A DNA stretch of 64,000 nucleotides. Source: an uncultured Sphaerochaeta sp. (lineage in GTDB: Bacteria; Spirochaetota; Spirochaetia; Sphaerochaetales; Sphaerochaetaceae). This document shows positions 18,165 through 28,138 of this stretch, piece by piece. Under the pieces are notes generated by a model. That model was not told the DNA's origin and ran no database searches. It was given only the letters and a program-made list of their open reading frames with translations. A program made the position numbers and the translations under genes. Position 1 is the first letter of the stretch. The number at the start of each line of letters is the position of its first letter. The stretch is taken from positions 579,757-643,756 of the forward strand of contig OY763408.1 in assembly GCA_963667405.1 (NCBI GenBank). Reading direction: 5' to 3'.

Positions 18165-19441
18165 TGAGACGCTATTTGCTGCTATTTCTGGTGCTCCTCA
18201 CGCTTTTGTTTGCGAGTGGCTGCACAACCACCACCCACCATATGCTCGCTCCCGTTGTCCTTGACCCTGATCTGAGCTTGGATGAGAAACTTTCCTCCTA
18301 CTCCATCCCAAAGGTGAACATCACCTTCCCGAAGGTCTATTATGATGGTCTTGCTTGGCGTGACCGGGTGTTGGAGCTGATCGAGGGGGCCGAGGATTAT
18401 TTGATCACCTCCGCCTTTCTTGCTTCCAGCGCCGAGGATCTCCAGATGCTCTATGAAGCTTTGGCACGCAAGGCGGAGAGTGGTGTTCGCGTCTACTTTG
18501 TGGTGGACGGCATCGGTCCATTCGACATGACCGAGACCCGGTTCCACCTGATCCCCCTGAAGTTCCTTCGTGAAAGTGGTGTGCACCTCCTGGAGTTCAA
18601 TCCCATCAGCAGCGCCCGTCTGGTGAGCCTATTCAGCCTGCTCGACCGTGATCACCGCAAATACCTCATTGTCGATGGAAAACAGCTTGCGATGGGAGGC
18701 ATGAATCTCAACTACATCTCCATTGGGGCAATGGATGACAACTTGCAGCGAGACAGCATGTATGAGTTCTACTCGCCAGAGCTGTGTTCCTTGCTCCTTG
18801 ATGCGTTTGTTCCCTGGTGGAACGAGCAGAGTTGGGAGGAGGTTCGGCGGGAAGATTTTCAGGTCGATGCGTCCGTCGCCCTCGGCATGAAGACGTATGA
18901 AGCCTGGTATGTGGACCAGCATCCTGGATCGGAGAAGGTCAGTGCCCTCTTCGGAACGATGCTCGCCGAGGCCCAGCATGAGGTGAAGGTACTTCCGTTC
19001 CTACCTTTCATGGACGCCAACATGATCGAGGCCTTCCGCACTGCTTCCGATCGTGGGGTAGATGTGCAGATGCTCATCCCCTTCGACAAACGGGTCACCA
19101 ACCGGAAGGGTATCGAGTACATGGTCAAGGATCTGCGCAAGATGCAGATTGACCTGCGCATCGAAAAAGAGAGTGCAGAGAGCCAGAGATTGCTGCATGA
19201 GAAACTGATGATTGTTGACGACCGGTACGTGGTCATCGGCTCGACGAATATGAATTTCCGTTCGTTCAACCTTGCCTATGAGACATCCTTGGTCATCGAT
19301 AGTGAAGAGCTTGCCCGTGAGGTGGAGAAGCACTTTGATGAGCTCTACAAAAAGACGGTACCCATCACGGAAGCGATGGCTGAGGCTTGGCAGACGTTTG
19401 CCAACTGGCCCCGATTTGCCGTTGGATTCTTTGGAGGTTGA
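18164..19441 (+). CDS. Phospholipase D / cardiolipin synthase-family lipoprotein (two HKD motifs)
   Basis: Lipobox LFASGC. HKD-1 is DHRKYLIVDGKQLAMGGMN; HKD-2 is LHEKLMIVDDRYVVIGSTNMNFRS. The ATG at 18164 overlaps the upstream TGA by 1 nt. Confidence 0.85.
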   Translation: MRRYLLLFLVLLTLLFASGCTTTTHHMLAPVVLDPDLSLDEKLSSYSIPKVNITFPKVYYDGLAWRDRVLELIEGAEDYLITSAFLASSAEDLQMLYEALARKAESGVRVYFVVDGIGPFDMTETRFHLIPLKFLRESGVHLLEFNPISSARLVSLFSLLDRDHRKYLIVDGKQLAMGGMNLNYISIGAMDDNLQRDSMYEFYSPELCSLLLDAFVPWWNEQSWEEVRREDFQVDASVALGMKTYEAWYVDQHPGSEKVSALFGTMLAEAQHEVKVLPFLPFMDANMIEAFRTASDRGVDVQMLIPFDKRVTNRKGIEYMVKDLRKMQIDLRIEKESAESQRLLHEKLMIVDDRYVVIGSTNMNFRSFNLAYETSLVIDSEELAREVEKHFDELYKKTVPITEAMAEAWQTFANWPRFAVGFFGG

Positions 19442-19443
19442 GC

Positions 19444-19965
19444 ATGCGAAAGTTACTGGTTTCCCTTATCCTGCTCATGCTTTGCTCCTCTCTCTTTGCC
19501 CGTACGCTGGGCTATGGGGTAGGGTTCTACGGCCAGAACGTGGAAGCAGAACCTGAGAGAGCGAGCAGTGGTGCAGAGATTTCCTTGGTGTACAAACCCC
19601 TCTTGCTTCCCTATCTCAATCCTTCCTTGCATGTGAAGAACTCGGTGGGAACTGAGATGGACGGAGAGTGGGTGGCCCCCTATTGGGAAGTGGGAGTGAG
19701 CGTGGACCTGATCCGCATCATCAACCATCCTTTTAATTTCCTGGCTCACAACATCATTGCCTACACCCCTTCGGTGAGTGTTGCCTACCAGTATGATCCG
19801 AGAAGGGGTCGTTCCCTGGCAAGTGTAGGGTTCAGCCCCTTCAAGCTGAGCCAGAAAGATTTCTGGTACGAATTCTTTTCACCCTTCCTCACCTATGACC
19901 TCTCCAGTGGGACGTTGGACAGTTGGGGGGTGAATCTGGTGCGATACACCTTTTTCTTCAAGTAG
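19444..19965 (+). CDS. Signal-peptide protein, possible small outer-membrane beta-barrel
   Basis: N-terminal signal MRKLLVSLILLMLCSSLFA, alternating hydrophobic pattern, aromatic C-terminus RYTFFFK. GGAGG lies inside the PLD 3' end. Confidence 0.55.
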   Translation: MRKLLVSLILLMLCSSLFARTLGYGVGFYGQNVEAEPERASSGAEISLVYKPLLLPYLNPSLHVKNSVGTEMDGEWVAPYWEVGVSVDLIRIINHPFNFLAHNIIAYTPSVSVAYQYDPRRGRSLASVGFSPFKLSQKDFWYEFFSPFLTYDLSSGTLDSWGVNLVRYTFFFK

Positions 19966-19971
19966 GTTGGT

Positions 19972-20517
19972 ATGCGTAAGATCGTGTTGTTGCTGACAGT
20001 TCTGATAGGGTTCACCTTGCCCGTTTTTGCCGGGTATTTTGACCTGGCTCTCACGCTGGGCACAAATGTGCATATGTTTGAGAAGGATCTCGATCCAAGC
20101 AGAATGAAGTTGGCTTGGGGTGCTTCTGTAGGCCTGACAGATGACTGGGAGTTGGATGTACAGGTCGACACCCAAGTGGTGCCCGACTTTTTTGGTTCTT
20201 CTTCCCTCTCGTTGGTAGCGCAGAAAGCGCTGTTGGGCCAGCGTTCAACCAATTCCGCGGTTGCGGGAGTGGGAATCAACACCCTGCTGGGGGCAGGGCT
20301 GATGGTCAGTCCGTATCGCACCGATGGGACACTGGGCATCTCACATCTTTTGCTCACCCTCACCCCGGTCACCATCGGAAGTCCGGTCACCGGCAAGCGT
20401 GAGCGATTGTTTGCGCTCACCCTTGCCTATAACCTCAGCAACCAGAAGTTCGCACTCCTCTTTGACTTGGTGAAGTACGACTTCTATGCCGTCGGAACGT
20501 ATCGGGATTACCGTTAG
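19972..20517 (+). CDS. Signal-peptide protein, paralog-like neighbour of 19444..19965
   Basis: Signal MRKIVLLLTVLIGFTLPVFA. The C-terminal segment LTLAYNLSNQKFALLFDLVKYDFY resembles LTYDLSSGTLDSWGVNLVRYTFF of the preceding protein. Confidence 0.55.
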   Translation: MRKIVLLLTVLIGFTLPVFAGYFDLALTLGTNVHMFEKDLDPSRMKLAWGASVGLTDDWELDVQVDTQVVPDFFGSSSLSLVAQKALLGQRSTNSAVAGVGINTLLGAGLMVSPYRTDGTLGISHLLLTLTPVTIGSPVTGKRERLFALTLAYNLSNQKFALLFDLVKYDFYAVGTYRDYR

Positions 20518-20960
20518 CAGTGCTGCTCGAGTGCCATCATCTTGTCGACTCTCCGCTGATGGCGATCCCCTTCGAAACTGACGTCCATGAAAGCCTGCAG
20601 CATATCCACAGGATCTTCGCTGTAGTCAATCCTGCCTCCGAAGGCAATGAAGTTTGCATTGTTGTGCTTGCGGGCCATTGAGGCGGCGTAGCTGTTCTGT
20701 GGCAGGGCACACCGGATGCCCTCGACCTTGTTGGCACTGATCGAGATGCCGATGCCGGTTCCGCACAGCAGGATGCCAAAGTCATAGCCACCCTTCTTAT
20801 ACTCGTTGCAGGCAAGTTCTGCCATATCAGGATAATCGACAGAGTCTGCCGAATGCACTCCAAGATGATTCACGGTGCATCCGTTCTTCTTCAGATAGTC
20901 GGTGAAACGGGCGGCAAGCTCAACCGCTCCATGGTCGTTCGCTAGTACAATAGTGGGCAT
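20514..20960 (-). CDS. rpiB: Ribose-5-phosphate isomerase B
   Basis: MPTIVLANDHGAVELA..., LLCGTGIGISISANKVEGIRCA. GGAGG precedes ATG 20960. The track start at 21038 is an over-extension. Confidence 0.92.
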   Translation of the reverse strand: MPTIVLANDHGAVELAARFTDYLKKNGCTVNHLGVHSADSVDYPDMAELACNEYKKGGYDFGILLCGTGIGISISANKVEGIRCALPQNSYAASMARKHNNANFIAFGGRIDYSEDPVDMLQAFMDVSFEGDRHQRRVDKMMALEQHC

Positions 20961-21072
20961 ATCCCTTCCTCCGTACCTTGATGGTAGCGCATTTGCAAAA
21001 CCCTGCCTAGCGTCTTTTGAGTTGTAAGCTTTTTGCAACTGGGGTAAAATAGCTCATCGATAGGAGCTTGAA

Positions 21073-22707
21073 GTGGCAGAGATTTATGTGAGTGGGCACC
21101 GGAACCCAGATATGGACAGCATTTGTGCTGCATACAGTTATGCATTTCTGAAAAACAAGCTGGATCCGAGCAACACCTACCTGCCGGTGCGGTGCGGAAA
21201 TCTCAACGATGCCACCAAAGCCCAGTTTGAACGGCTGAATATCGTACCGCCTCCTTTCATCAAGGATGTGCGGACCAAGGTGTCTGCAGTGAGCAGAACG
21301 GCCCAGAACACGGTCCAGATCACCGATCCCGTCTATACCCTGGTCTCCTTTTACGGATCCACAAGCCGCAGTTCGGTTGTTCCTGTCATGGAGGGTGAGC
21401 AGTATCGGGGCCTGCTGAGTGTTGATGAGGTGAGCAGCTTCATCCTCAAGGAGAACAGCGGGACTCGCCCGGTCTATCACTTTGTGGTGGAGAATTTCCC
21501 CAAAGTGCTGAAAGGTACTTTTCTGCGCAAAGGAGAGCAGCCAAGCTTCAATGCACCCATCATGGTGGGTGCCATGCGCTATACGGTCTTCTGCAAGCAC
21601 ATGGAAGCCTTGGAAGGCCAGTCTCCGATTTTGGTGGTCGGTGACAGGGAAGATCATATCAGGAAAGCCATTGAATTGCAGATTCCGGCCATCGTATTGA
21701 CTGGCATTGAACATGGGGTCACCAGCAGCGTAGATTGGGAAGCCTACCGGGGAACGGTGTTCCTCAGCGCCCTGGACACCGCAGAGACCCTTCGTTTATT
21801 GCGCCTGAGCGTGCCGGTGGAGAAGCTGATGGTACAGAATCCACCGAACCTGCAGGCTGACTGTCTCTTTGACGAGGCGAGGGATATCCTTGCGGACAGT
21901 GAATTCCGTGGACTCCCTGTTTTTGATGGACAGGCCTACCAAGGCTATGTTACCCGCCGCTGCTTTCTGGAGCGGCCCAAGACCAAGCTGATCATGGTCG
22001 ACCACAATGAGAATGAGCAGGGTGTGCCGGGCATCGATGAAGCTGAGGTGGTGGAGATCATCGACCATCACCGCCTGGGGGCTGCCAAGACCCGCAACCC
22101 CATCTTCATCTGCTGTGAGCCGCTGGGCTCGACGTGCACCATCATCTACAAACTTTTTTTGCGCAACAACGTGGAGATTCCTCCCTCTCTTGCACGGGTG
22201 ATGCTCAGCGGCATAGTCAGTGACACCATCATGCTCAAGAGCCCCACCACAACCTTTGAGGATTTCACCGCAGTCCAGGACCTTCTGGAGCTGGGTCAGG
22301 TGGAGGATATGCGCAGCTTTGGCGAGACCATGTTCCGCAGCGGTGCCTCGCTTGCCAAGGAGGATCCGAAGAAGATGCTTGAGGCAGACTTCAAGCACTA
22401 CAAGGAGCTGGGCGTCAGCTTCGGGATCGGGCAGTGCGAAGTCACCACCCTCTCTGATGTGGACGACTACAAGGAAGCCTACCTTGCTGAGCTGGAGAAC
22501 GTCAAACACTCCCACTCCCTCGATTGGGCTTTGTTCCTGATCACGGACGTCGTGAAGGAGAGCAGCGTGCTGTTGATGACCAGCATGCCGATCATTGAGC
22601 GCAAGCTTGCCTACAAGAAGATCGGGGAAGGCATTTTCAACCTTCCCGGGGTGCTTTCACGAAAGAAGCAACTGCTTCCTGAGGTGCTCAGGGTCCTGGA
22701 AGAGTAG
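21073..22707 (+). CDS. CBS-domain-containing family II inorganic pyrophosphatase (DHH/DHHA2)
   Basis: SGHRNPDMDSICAAY, an internal CBS/DRTGG insert, MVDHNE, IIDHHRLG, and a DHHA2 C-terminus. GTG start with TAGGAG upstream. Confidence 0.88.
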   Translation: MAEIYVSGHRNPDMDSICAAYSYAFLKNKLDPSNTYLPVRCGNLNDATKAQFERLNIVPPPFIKDVRTKVSAVSRTAQNTVQITDPVYTLVSFYGSTSRSSVVPVMEGEQYRGLLSVDEVSSFILKENSGTRPVYHFVVENFPKVLKGTFLRKGEQPSFNAPIMVGAMRYTVFCKHMEALEGQSPILVVGDREDHIRKAIELQIPAIVLTGIEHGVTSSVDWEAYRGTVFLSALDTAETLRLLRLSVPVEKLMVQNPPNLQADCLFDEARDILADSEFRGLPVFDGQAYQGYVTRRCFLERPKTKLIMVDHNENEQGVPGIDEAEVVEIIDHHRLGAAKTRNPIFICCEPLGSTCTIIYKLFLRNNVEIPPSLARVMLSGIVSDTIMLKSPTTTFEDFTAVQDLLELGQVEDMRSFGETMFRSGASLAKEDPKKMLEADFKHYKELGVSFGIGQCEVTTLSDVDDYKEAYLAELENVKHSHSLDWALFLITDVVKESSVLLMTSMPIIERKLAYKKIGEGIFNLPGVLSRKKQLLPEVLRVLEE

Positions 22708-22708
22708 G

Positions 22709-24739
22709 CTACTTCACCTCTGAGATGGTATTGATGCTGGGGATGGTCTTCAGGCTCTTGATGATCTTCTTGAAATCCTCTTCCTTCTCCACTTCCATGG
22801 TGAAGGTTCCCATCAGTTTGCCTTCCTCGTCATCATGGAGCCGGCCTTCGATCAGGTGTCCCTTGAACTTGCGCAGCGCCCCCTCAATTTCTCCGAAGAG
22901 ATCATAGGTCCGCTTGCTGGTGACGCTGAAGCGCTTGGTAAGCTTGGGGAATTCGGTCTCCCACTCCACCTCGATGGAACGATCGACCACCTCACTCATG
23001 TTCTTCAGGTTGGGACACTCGCGCTTATGGACGATGATGCCCCGTCCTCGGCTGATGTATCCGACGATGTCATCACCGCGTACCGGAGAACAGCACTGGG
23101 CGATGTGGATCATCATATTCTTCTCATCACCGACACGGAATTTCATCCGTTTGGCATCGAACACCTGGCGAACGATCTCATCGCCATCGGCGTTCGGTGG
23201 TGGGGCTTGGGGCGACTCCTGCTTGGGTGCCGGCTCTGCTTCCTTGCGCTTGGCTATGATGTCCTTGTCGATGAGAATGTTCTCATCATACTTGTTCAGC
23301 CAGGCCTTGATCTTCTTGCGTGCACTGCTTGTCTGTGCATAGCGCAGCCACTGCAGGTGCGGCCGGGCGTTCGGGCTGGTCAGAATCTCAATTACCTGGG
23401 TATTCTTCAGCGGAGCATTGAGCGGGATGATGGATCCGTCCGCTTTCGCCCCGGTGGTGTGGTTTCCGACCTCGGTATGGATCTGGTATGCAAAGTCCAG
23501 GGCGGTTGCGTTTGCCGGCAACTCCACGATGTGTCCCTGGGGGGTGAAGACATAGATGGTGTCCTTGAGCAACTCACCCTTGATATCGTCCATGTAGGAC
23601 TCGCTGGTCTCGATTTCGTTCGACCAGGTCTTCAGCTTGCTGATGATCTTGGAGAACTGCTCATTGTCCAATTTCGACCATAATCCGCTGTCACTGCCGG
23701 TATCGGCCTTGTAGCTCCAGTGGGCGGCAACACCGTACTCAGCGGTGGAGTGCATCTCCTTGGTCCTGATCTGGATCTCCAGCAGCTTGCCGTCCAAGGC
23801 CATGACGGTGGTGTGGAGGCTCTGGTAATTGTTCGCCTTGGGCATGGCGATGTAGTCCTTGAACCTTCCCTCGATCGGGGGCCACAGACGATGCACCACA
23901 CCCAGGATGGTGTAGCATTCGGTCACCGTATTGCAGAGGATGCGCACCCCAAGGATGTCGAAAATCTCATCGATCTCCTTCTTGCGCTTCTTCATCTTCA
24001 TATAGACCGAGTAGGTATGTTTTGCCCGGCTGGTAACCAGCACATCGCTCAGGTTTGCATCGCCGCAGGCGCGATAGATGGACTTCTCGATACGGTTGAG
24101 GTAGGCATTCTGCTCGCTCTTCTTGCTGAGCAGATACTCCTGGATGTAGTTGAATGTATCGGGTTTGAGGATCTTCAGGCTCAGGTCTTCCAGCTCATCC
24201 TTGAGCCAGGAGATGCCCAACCGGTCGGCCAATGGGGCGAAGATATCCAGCGTATCCCCTGCGATCTCCCGAGCACGCTCAGGGTTGAGGTGCTGAAGGG
24301 TGCGCATGTTGTGCAGCTTGTCGGCCAGCTTGATGATGATGACCCGGATATCCTTGCTCATGGCGAAGAACATCTTGCGGATGGTTTCCGCCTCCTGCAC
24401 ACTCTTGTTCATGGTCTTGAGGTTGGCTATCTTGGTCTCGCCCTCGACCATATCGGCAACGGAGGCCCCAAAGATGGAAGTCAGCTCCTCATAGGTGGTG
24501 TCGGTATCCTCCAGCGTATCATGGAGCAAGCCTGCGCAGATGGTGTCGGCATCCATCTTCAGCTGGATGAGTATCTCTCCGACTGCCAAGGGATGGATGA
24601 TGTACGGCTCTCCGCTTGCACGCTTCTGGTTCTCATGCTTGCTTGCAGAGAAGGTTGCCGCAGCCAGGATCTTTTCCTGGTCGGCCTTGGGGTACTTGAA
24701 AGCTTTCTGGATGAATCGTTCTATCAACTGCTCGTACAT
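22709..24739 (-). CDS. rel: Bifunctional (p)ppGpp synthetase/hydrolase (RelA/SpoT homolog)
   Basis: HD hydrolase motif HPLAVGEIL...LHDTLEDT, synthetase core (YQSLHTTV), and TGS and ACT-like C-terminal domains. ATG at 24739. Confidence 0.95.
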   Translation of the reverse strand: MYEQLIERFIQKAFKYPKADQEKILAAATFSASKHENQKRASGEPYIIHPLAVGEILIQLKMDADTICAGLLHDTLEDTDTTYEELTSIFGASVADMVEGETKIANLKTMNKSVQEAETIRKMFFAMSKDIRVIIIKLADKLHNMRTLQHLNPERAREIAGDTLDIFAPLADRLGISWLKDELEDLSLKILKPDTFNYIQEYLLSKKSEQNAYLNRIEKSIYRACGDANLSDVLVTSRAKHTYSVYMKMKKRKKEIDEIFDILGVRILCNTVTECYTILGVVHRLWPPIEGRFKDYIAMPKANNYQSLHTTVMALDGKLLEIQIRTKEMHSTAEYGVAAHWSYKADTGSDSGLWSKLDNEQFSKIISKLKTWSNEIETSESYMDDIKGELLKDTIYVFTPQGHIVELPANATALDFAYQIHTEVGNHTTGAKADGSIIPLNAPLKNTQVIEILTSPNARPHLQWLRYAQTSSARKKIKAWLNKYDENILIDKDIIAKRKEAEPAPKQESPQAPPPNADGDEIVRQVFDAKRMKFRVGDEKNMMIHIAQCCSPVRGDDIVGYISRGRGIIVHKRECPNLKNMSEVVDRSIEVEWETEFPKLTKRFSVTSKRTYDLFGEIEGALRKFKGHLIEGRLHDDEEGKLMGTFTMEVEKEEDFKKIIKSLKTIPSINTISEVK

Positions 24740-25590
24740 ACAAGAACCCCCCAAACCACCCGTTCAAGAAACGCAAGGTCACGCGCTGTGCCGACCTCTG
24801 CAAACTGATGCTCGCCCAGCAAGGTCGCCACGCCGGGCGCCTGTCGGTAATCACACTCCAGGAACAAGGCACCACCTTGGACCAGATGCTCGGTGCTCTG
24901 TTGTACCAGCGTCCGGATCAGGCCAAGCCCATCTTCCTCCCTGCCGTCAAGGGCAAGCCTGGGTTCCCAGGCCACTTCCTTTGACACCTGATCACACCAG
25001 AGCTGGGTCAGGTAGGGGGGGTTGCTGACGATGATATCATACTTTCCCTCTGCTGGGGAGAGCAGGTCGCCTTGAAGCATCGTCACCTTGGCTCCCAGAC
25101 GCTCTGCATTGGCTTTTGCCACCTCCAGGGCAGCGGCGCTGATGTCAGTGAGGGTGACTTGGCACCCAAGTTCCAATGCCAGGGTTATCCCGATGGCCCC
25201 GCTGCCGGTGCAGACATCGATGATGGAAAGATCTTTGCTCTTGTTCAGCTTTCCGGCAAAGGCAAGCACCTGCTCGACCAGGATTTCGGTGTCGGGCCTG
25301 GGGATGAGCACACGCTCATCCACATGGAAATCCCGTCCATAGAACTCCCTCGATCCAAGGATATAGGCCATCGGCCGATGGGCAAGCCGCTGCAACACCA
25401 ACGTCTCGAGTGCGGAAAGCTCTTCTTCTGTGAGCTCTTGGTCTGAGCAAAGAATCTGCTGGACATGGTCCAGACCTGTCACGTTCTGCAAAAGCAGGCG
25501 GGCGTCGAGATCCGGACTCTGGTCCACCGAGCCGTCCATGAGTCTGGAGGCAGTCGATCGCTTCCACTGCTGGACGGTCATACCAGCCAT
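24724..25590 (-). CDS. prmC: Release factor glutamine methyltransferase
   Basis: DVCTGSGAIG SAM motif, the IIVSNPPY catalytic motif, and a position immediately after prfA. Confidence 0.92.
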   Translation of the reverse strand: MAGMTVQQWKRSTASRLMDGSVDQSPDLDARLLLQNVTGLDHVQQILCSDQELTEEELSALETLVLQRLAHRPMAYILGSREFYGRDFHVDERVLIPRPDTEILVEQVLAFAGKLNKSKDLSIIDVCTGSGAIGITLALELGCQVTLTDISAAALEVAKANAERLGAKVTMLQGDLLSPAEGKYDIIVSNPPYLTQLWCDQVSKEVAWEPRLALDGREEDGLGLIRTLVQQSTEHLVQGGALFLECDYRQAPGVATLLGEHQFAEVGTARDLAFLERVVWGVLVCTSS

Positions 25591-25591
25591 C

Positions 25592-26656
25592 TCAGCTCTC
25601 CTTCAGGGCAGCCTCGCCGGCGGCAATCTTCAGTGCTTCGACCACTTCATCGAGTGCACCGGCCATGATGAGCTCAAGTTTGTAGAGCGTCAGGTTGATC
25701 CGATGGTCGGTGAGCCGGTTCTGGGGGAAGTTGTAGGTGCGGATACGCTCGCTGCGATCCCCTGAGCCTACCTGGCTCTTGCGGGCCTCGGCCCGTTCAC
25801 GGTTTTTCTTGTCTTCTTCCAGGTCGTAGAGGCGGCTTCTGAGCACCCTGAGAGCTTTCGCACGGTTCTTGATCTGGCTCTTCTCATCCTGGCAAATGAC
25901 AACCAGGCCGGTGGGAAGGTGGGTGAGTCGGACGGCACTGTCGGTGGTATTGACGCACTGGCCTCCCGGGCCCCCTGCACGCATGACGTCCACCTTCAGG
26001 TCCTCCTGACGGATCTCAATGTCAGTCTCCTCAGCCTCAGGCAAGACGGCAACGGTCACGGCACTGGTGTGGATTCTCCCACCGCTCTCTGTTTCCGGGA
26101 CGCGCTGTACACGATGGACACCGCTCTCCCAGCGCAGGCTTCCGTAGACATCCTTGCCACCAATGGAGACTACCAGTTCCTTGTAGCCGCCGATGCCTGT
26201 CTCATTGGAGGAGAGAATTTCCATCTTCCATCCCTTGGTGTCGGCATAGTGGCTGTACATGCGGAACAAATTGGCGGCAAACAGGGCGGCTTCCTCTCCA
26301 CCGGTGCCGGCGCGGATTTCCATGATGATATCCTTGCCTTCGAGTGGGTCGGGTGGGATGAGAAGCATCTTCGTCTTTTGCTCGCTCTTCACCAAATGTG
26401 CTTCCAGTTCATGCAGCTCCTCTCGGGTAAGTTCGAGCATTTCCTGGTCGTCTTCCTCTTTCAGGATCTGCTGAGCCTCGGCTATCTGCTTGATGAGGCT
26501 TTGCATGGTTTTCAGCTCATCGATGATGGGGGAGAGATGGGACCTCTCCTGATTGAGGCTCTTGAACAGCTTCATGTCCTGCATGGTCTCAGGGCGACTG
26601 AGTTTTTCATCTATATCTGCGAGTTGTTTCTCATACTCGGGCAGTTTTTTCAGCAT
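25592..26656 (-). CDS. prfA: Peptide chain release factor 1
   Basis: [36 protein letters not shown] (GGQ motif). 354 aa. Confidence 0.97.
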   Translation of the reverse strand: MLKKLPEYEKQLADIDEKLSRPETMQDMKLFKSLNQERSHLSPIIDELKTMQSLIKQIAEAQQILKEEDDQEMLELTREELHELEAHLVKSEQKTKMLLIPPDPLEGKDIIMEIRAGTGGEEAALFAANLFRMYSHYADTKGWKMEILSSNETGIGGYKELVVSIGGKDVYGSLRWESGVHRVQRVPETESGGRIHTSAVTVAVLPEAEETDIEIRQEDLKVDVMRAGGPGGQCVNTTDSAVRLTHLPTGLVVICQDEKSQIKNRAKALRVLRSRLYDLEEDKKNRERAEARKSQVGSGDRSERIRTYNFPQNRLTDHRINLTLYKLELIMAGALDEVVEALKIAAGEAALKES

Positions 26657-26710
26657 CTGAATCTCCTAGAAGGAAAGTATACAAAACCGGCCGCTCTTTG
26701 CATAGCGTTG

Positions 26711-28075
26711 CTAGATATCCAGTTGGGAAAGCAGAAGCCGGTTTTCCTCCACCTGCACAGGCCCCAGACGGTTCATCCGCATGAACAGGACTCCTCCTGC
26801 CAAAAAGAAGAGGGCGGGTATCACGCCCATATGCAGACGGATGCCCCAGATGGCCTGGTCGCTGATGGCAATAGGATCGAAGCCGGTAAGCTCGTGCACC
26901 GCAAAGAAGACGATGGCTTGGCTTGCATAGCTGAAACGCATGAAAAATGCCCTGATTCCCAGGACTACCCCATCATCACGCCTCTTTTGCTCCACAACCA
27001 GGCTATCGATGACATCGGCCATAGCCGGGCTCATGAAGGTCCAGAACCCCCCGAAACCCAGTCCCCAGAGCCCCATCGCCACCATGTAGGAGGTCGCTGA
27101 TCCGAGGAAGGAGAGCGGAAGAGCGAAGAAGGCAAGGACGAAAGAGCAGAGGATGAGCATCCGTTGGTTGTTTTTCAGCTTCTTGGCCACCCTGGTCCAG
27201 AGCAGGATGGAAATGAGGGTTCCTCCCAGCATTCCTGCAAAGATTGGCGTTGCTTGGCTGCTCTTTGCAGCAAGAACGTATTTGACTACATAGTTGATGG
27301 AGGCTGTCATGAGCATGCATCCGCTCTGGTAGAAGAAGAGCAGGAGCACGAAGGCCAGCAGGTTGCGGCTTTTCAGGGCCTTGCGCATCTGGCTGAAGAA
27401 GGGAGGAGCCTGTTCGCTCTGCTGCTGGAGCGCGAAGCGGTTGATCATCTCCTTGGACTCGAAGACACCGAAGCTCACAAGCAGGGTTGCAAGGCCTGAG
27501 ATGAGGGCGATGACCAGGGCACAGGCCAGGTAGCTTGCACGATCTCCATAGGAGAAGAAGAGCGGGGGGATGATGAAGCCGCTGGCAATGCCGAGCACTC
27601 CGATGCCGGTTCCCACCGCTGCGGTGGTGGTACGTTCTTTCTGGCCGCGGAACTTGTCGGGATAGATGCTCTGGTAGTTGACCTCCCAGAGGCTGTACAA
27701 CCCATCATAGAGGCAAATGGTGAGTACCATCCAGAAAAAGACCGGAAGTGGCTTGCTTTTTGCATCCCAACTCGTGGGAACGGAGAAAATGAGGATGAAA
27801 GCGATCGAGGAGAGCACGAGCCCAAGGATGATCCAGGGGAAGCGCCTGCCAAGGCGCTTGGAAAAGGGTGCCCCCTTGTTGGTGATATAGCCGATGATGG
27901 GGTCGTTTACCGCATTCCAGACCGAGTAGATGATGGTAGCCAAGGCGGCATAGGCACCGCTGAGCCCCACTTCGGTCTCATAGAACATGAAGACGATCGA
28001 ACCGAATGCACCGGTGAGGAATTCGGCGATGAACTTGCCCATTCCGTAGGAGACCATGATGCCTTTCTTAGCCAT
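26711..28075 (-). CDS. GPH-family (glycoside-pentoside-hexuronide:cation symporter) MFS transporter
   Basis: MVSYGMGKFIAEFLTGAFGSIVFMFYETEVGL...NAVNDPIIGYITNK is the GPH N-terminal signature. About 12 TM segments. ATG at 28075. Confidence 0.85.
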   Translation of the reverse strand: MAKKGIMVSYGMGKFIAEFLTGAFGSIVFMFYETEVGLSGAYAALATIIYSVWNAVNDPIIGYITNKGAPFSKRLGRRFPWIILGLVLSSIAFILIFSVPTSWDAKSKPLPVFFWMVLTICLYDGLYSLWEVNYQSIYPDKFRGQKERTTTAAVGTGIGVLGIASGFIIPPLFFSYGDRASYLACALVIALISGLATLLVSFGVFESKEMINRFALQQQSEQAPPFFSQMRKALKSRNLLAFVLLLFFYQSGCMLMTASINYVVKYVLAAKSSQATPIFAGMLGGTLISILLWTRVAKKLKNNQRMLILCSFVLAFFALPLSFLGSATSYMVAMGLWGLGFGGFWTFMSPAMADVIDSLVVEQKRRDDGVVLGIRAFFMRFSYASQAIVFFAVHELTGFDPIAISDQAIWGIRLHMGVIPALFFLAGGVLFMRMNRLGPVQVEENRLLLSQLDI

Positions 28076-28138
28076 GACACACCTTCCTTGCCTTTCACTT
28101 ATACAGGAGCCAAGGCGGTGTGTCAAAAGGTTTGGTTT

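Noticed and set aside
18164-19441. PLD-family protein as a Nuc-like defence or restriction nuclease.
   Set aside because: It has two HKD motifs in one chain, a size of about 425 aa and a lipoprotein signal. That fits phospholipid-acting PLD/Cls enzymes rather than the single-HKD Nuc/BfiI type. No partner helicase or methylase is present.
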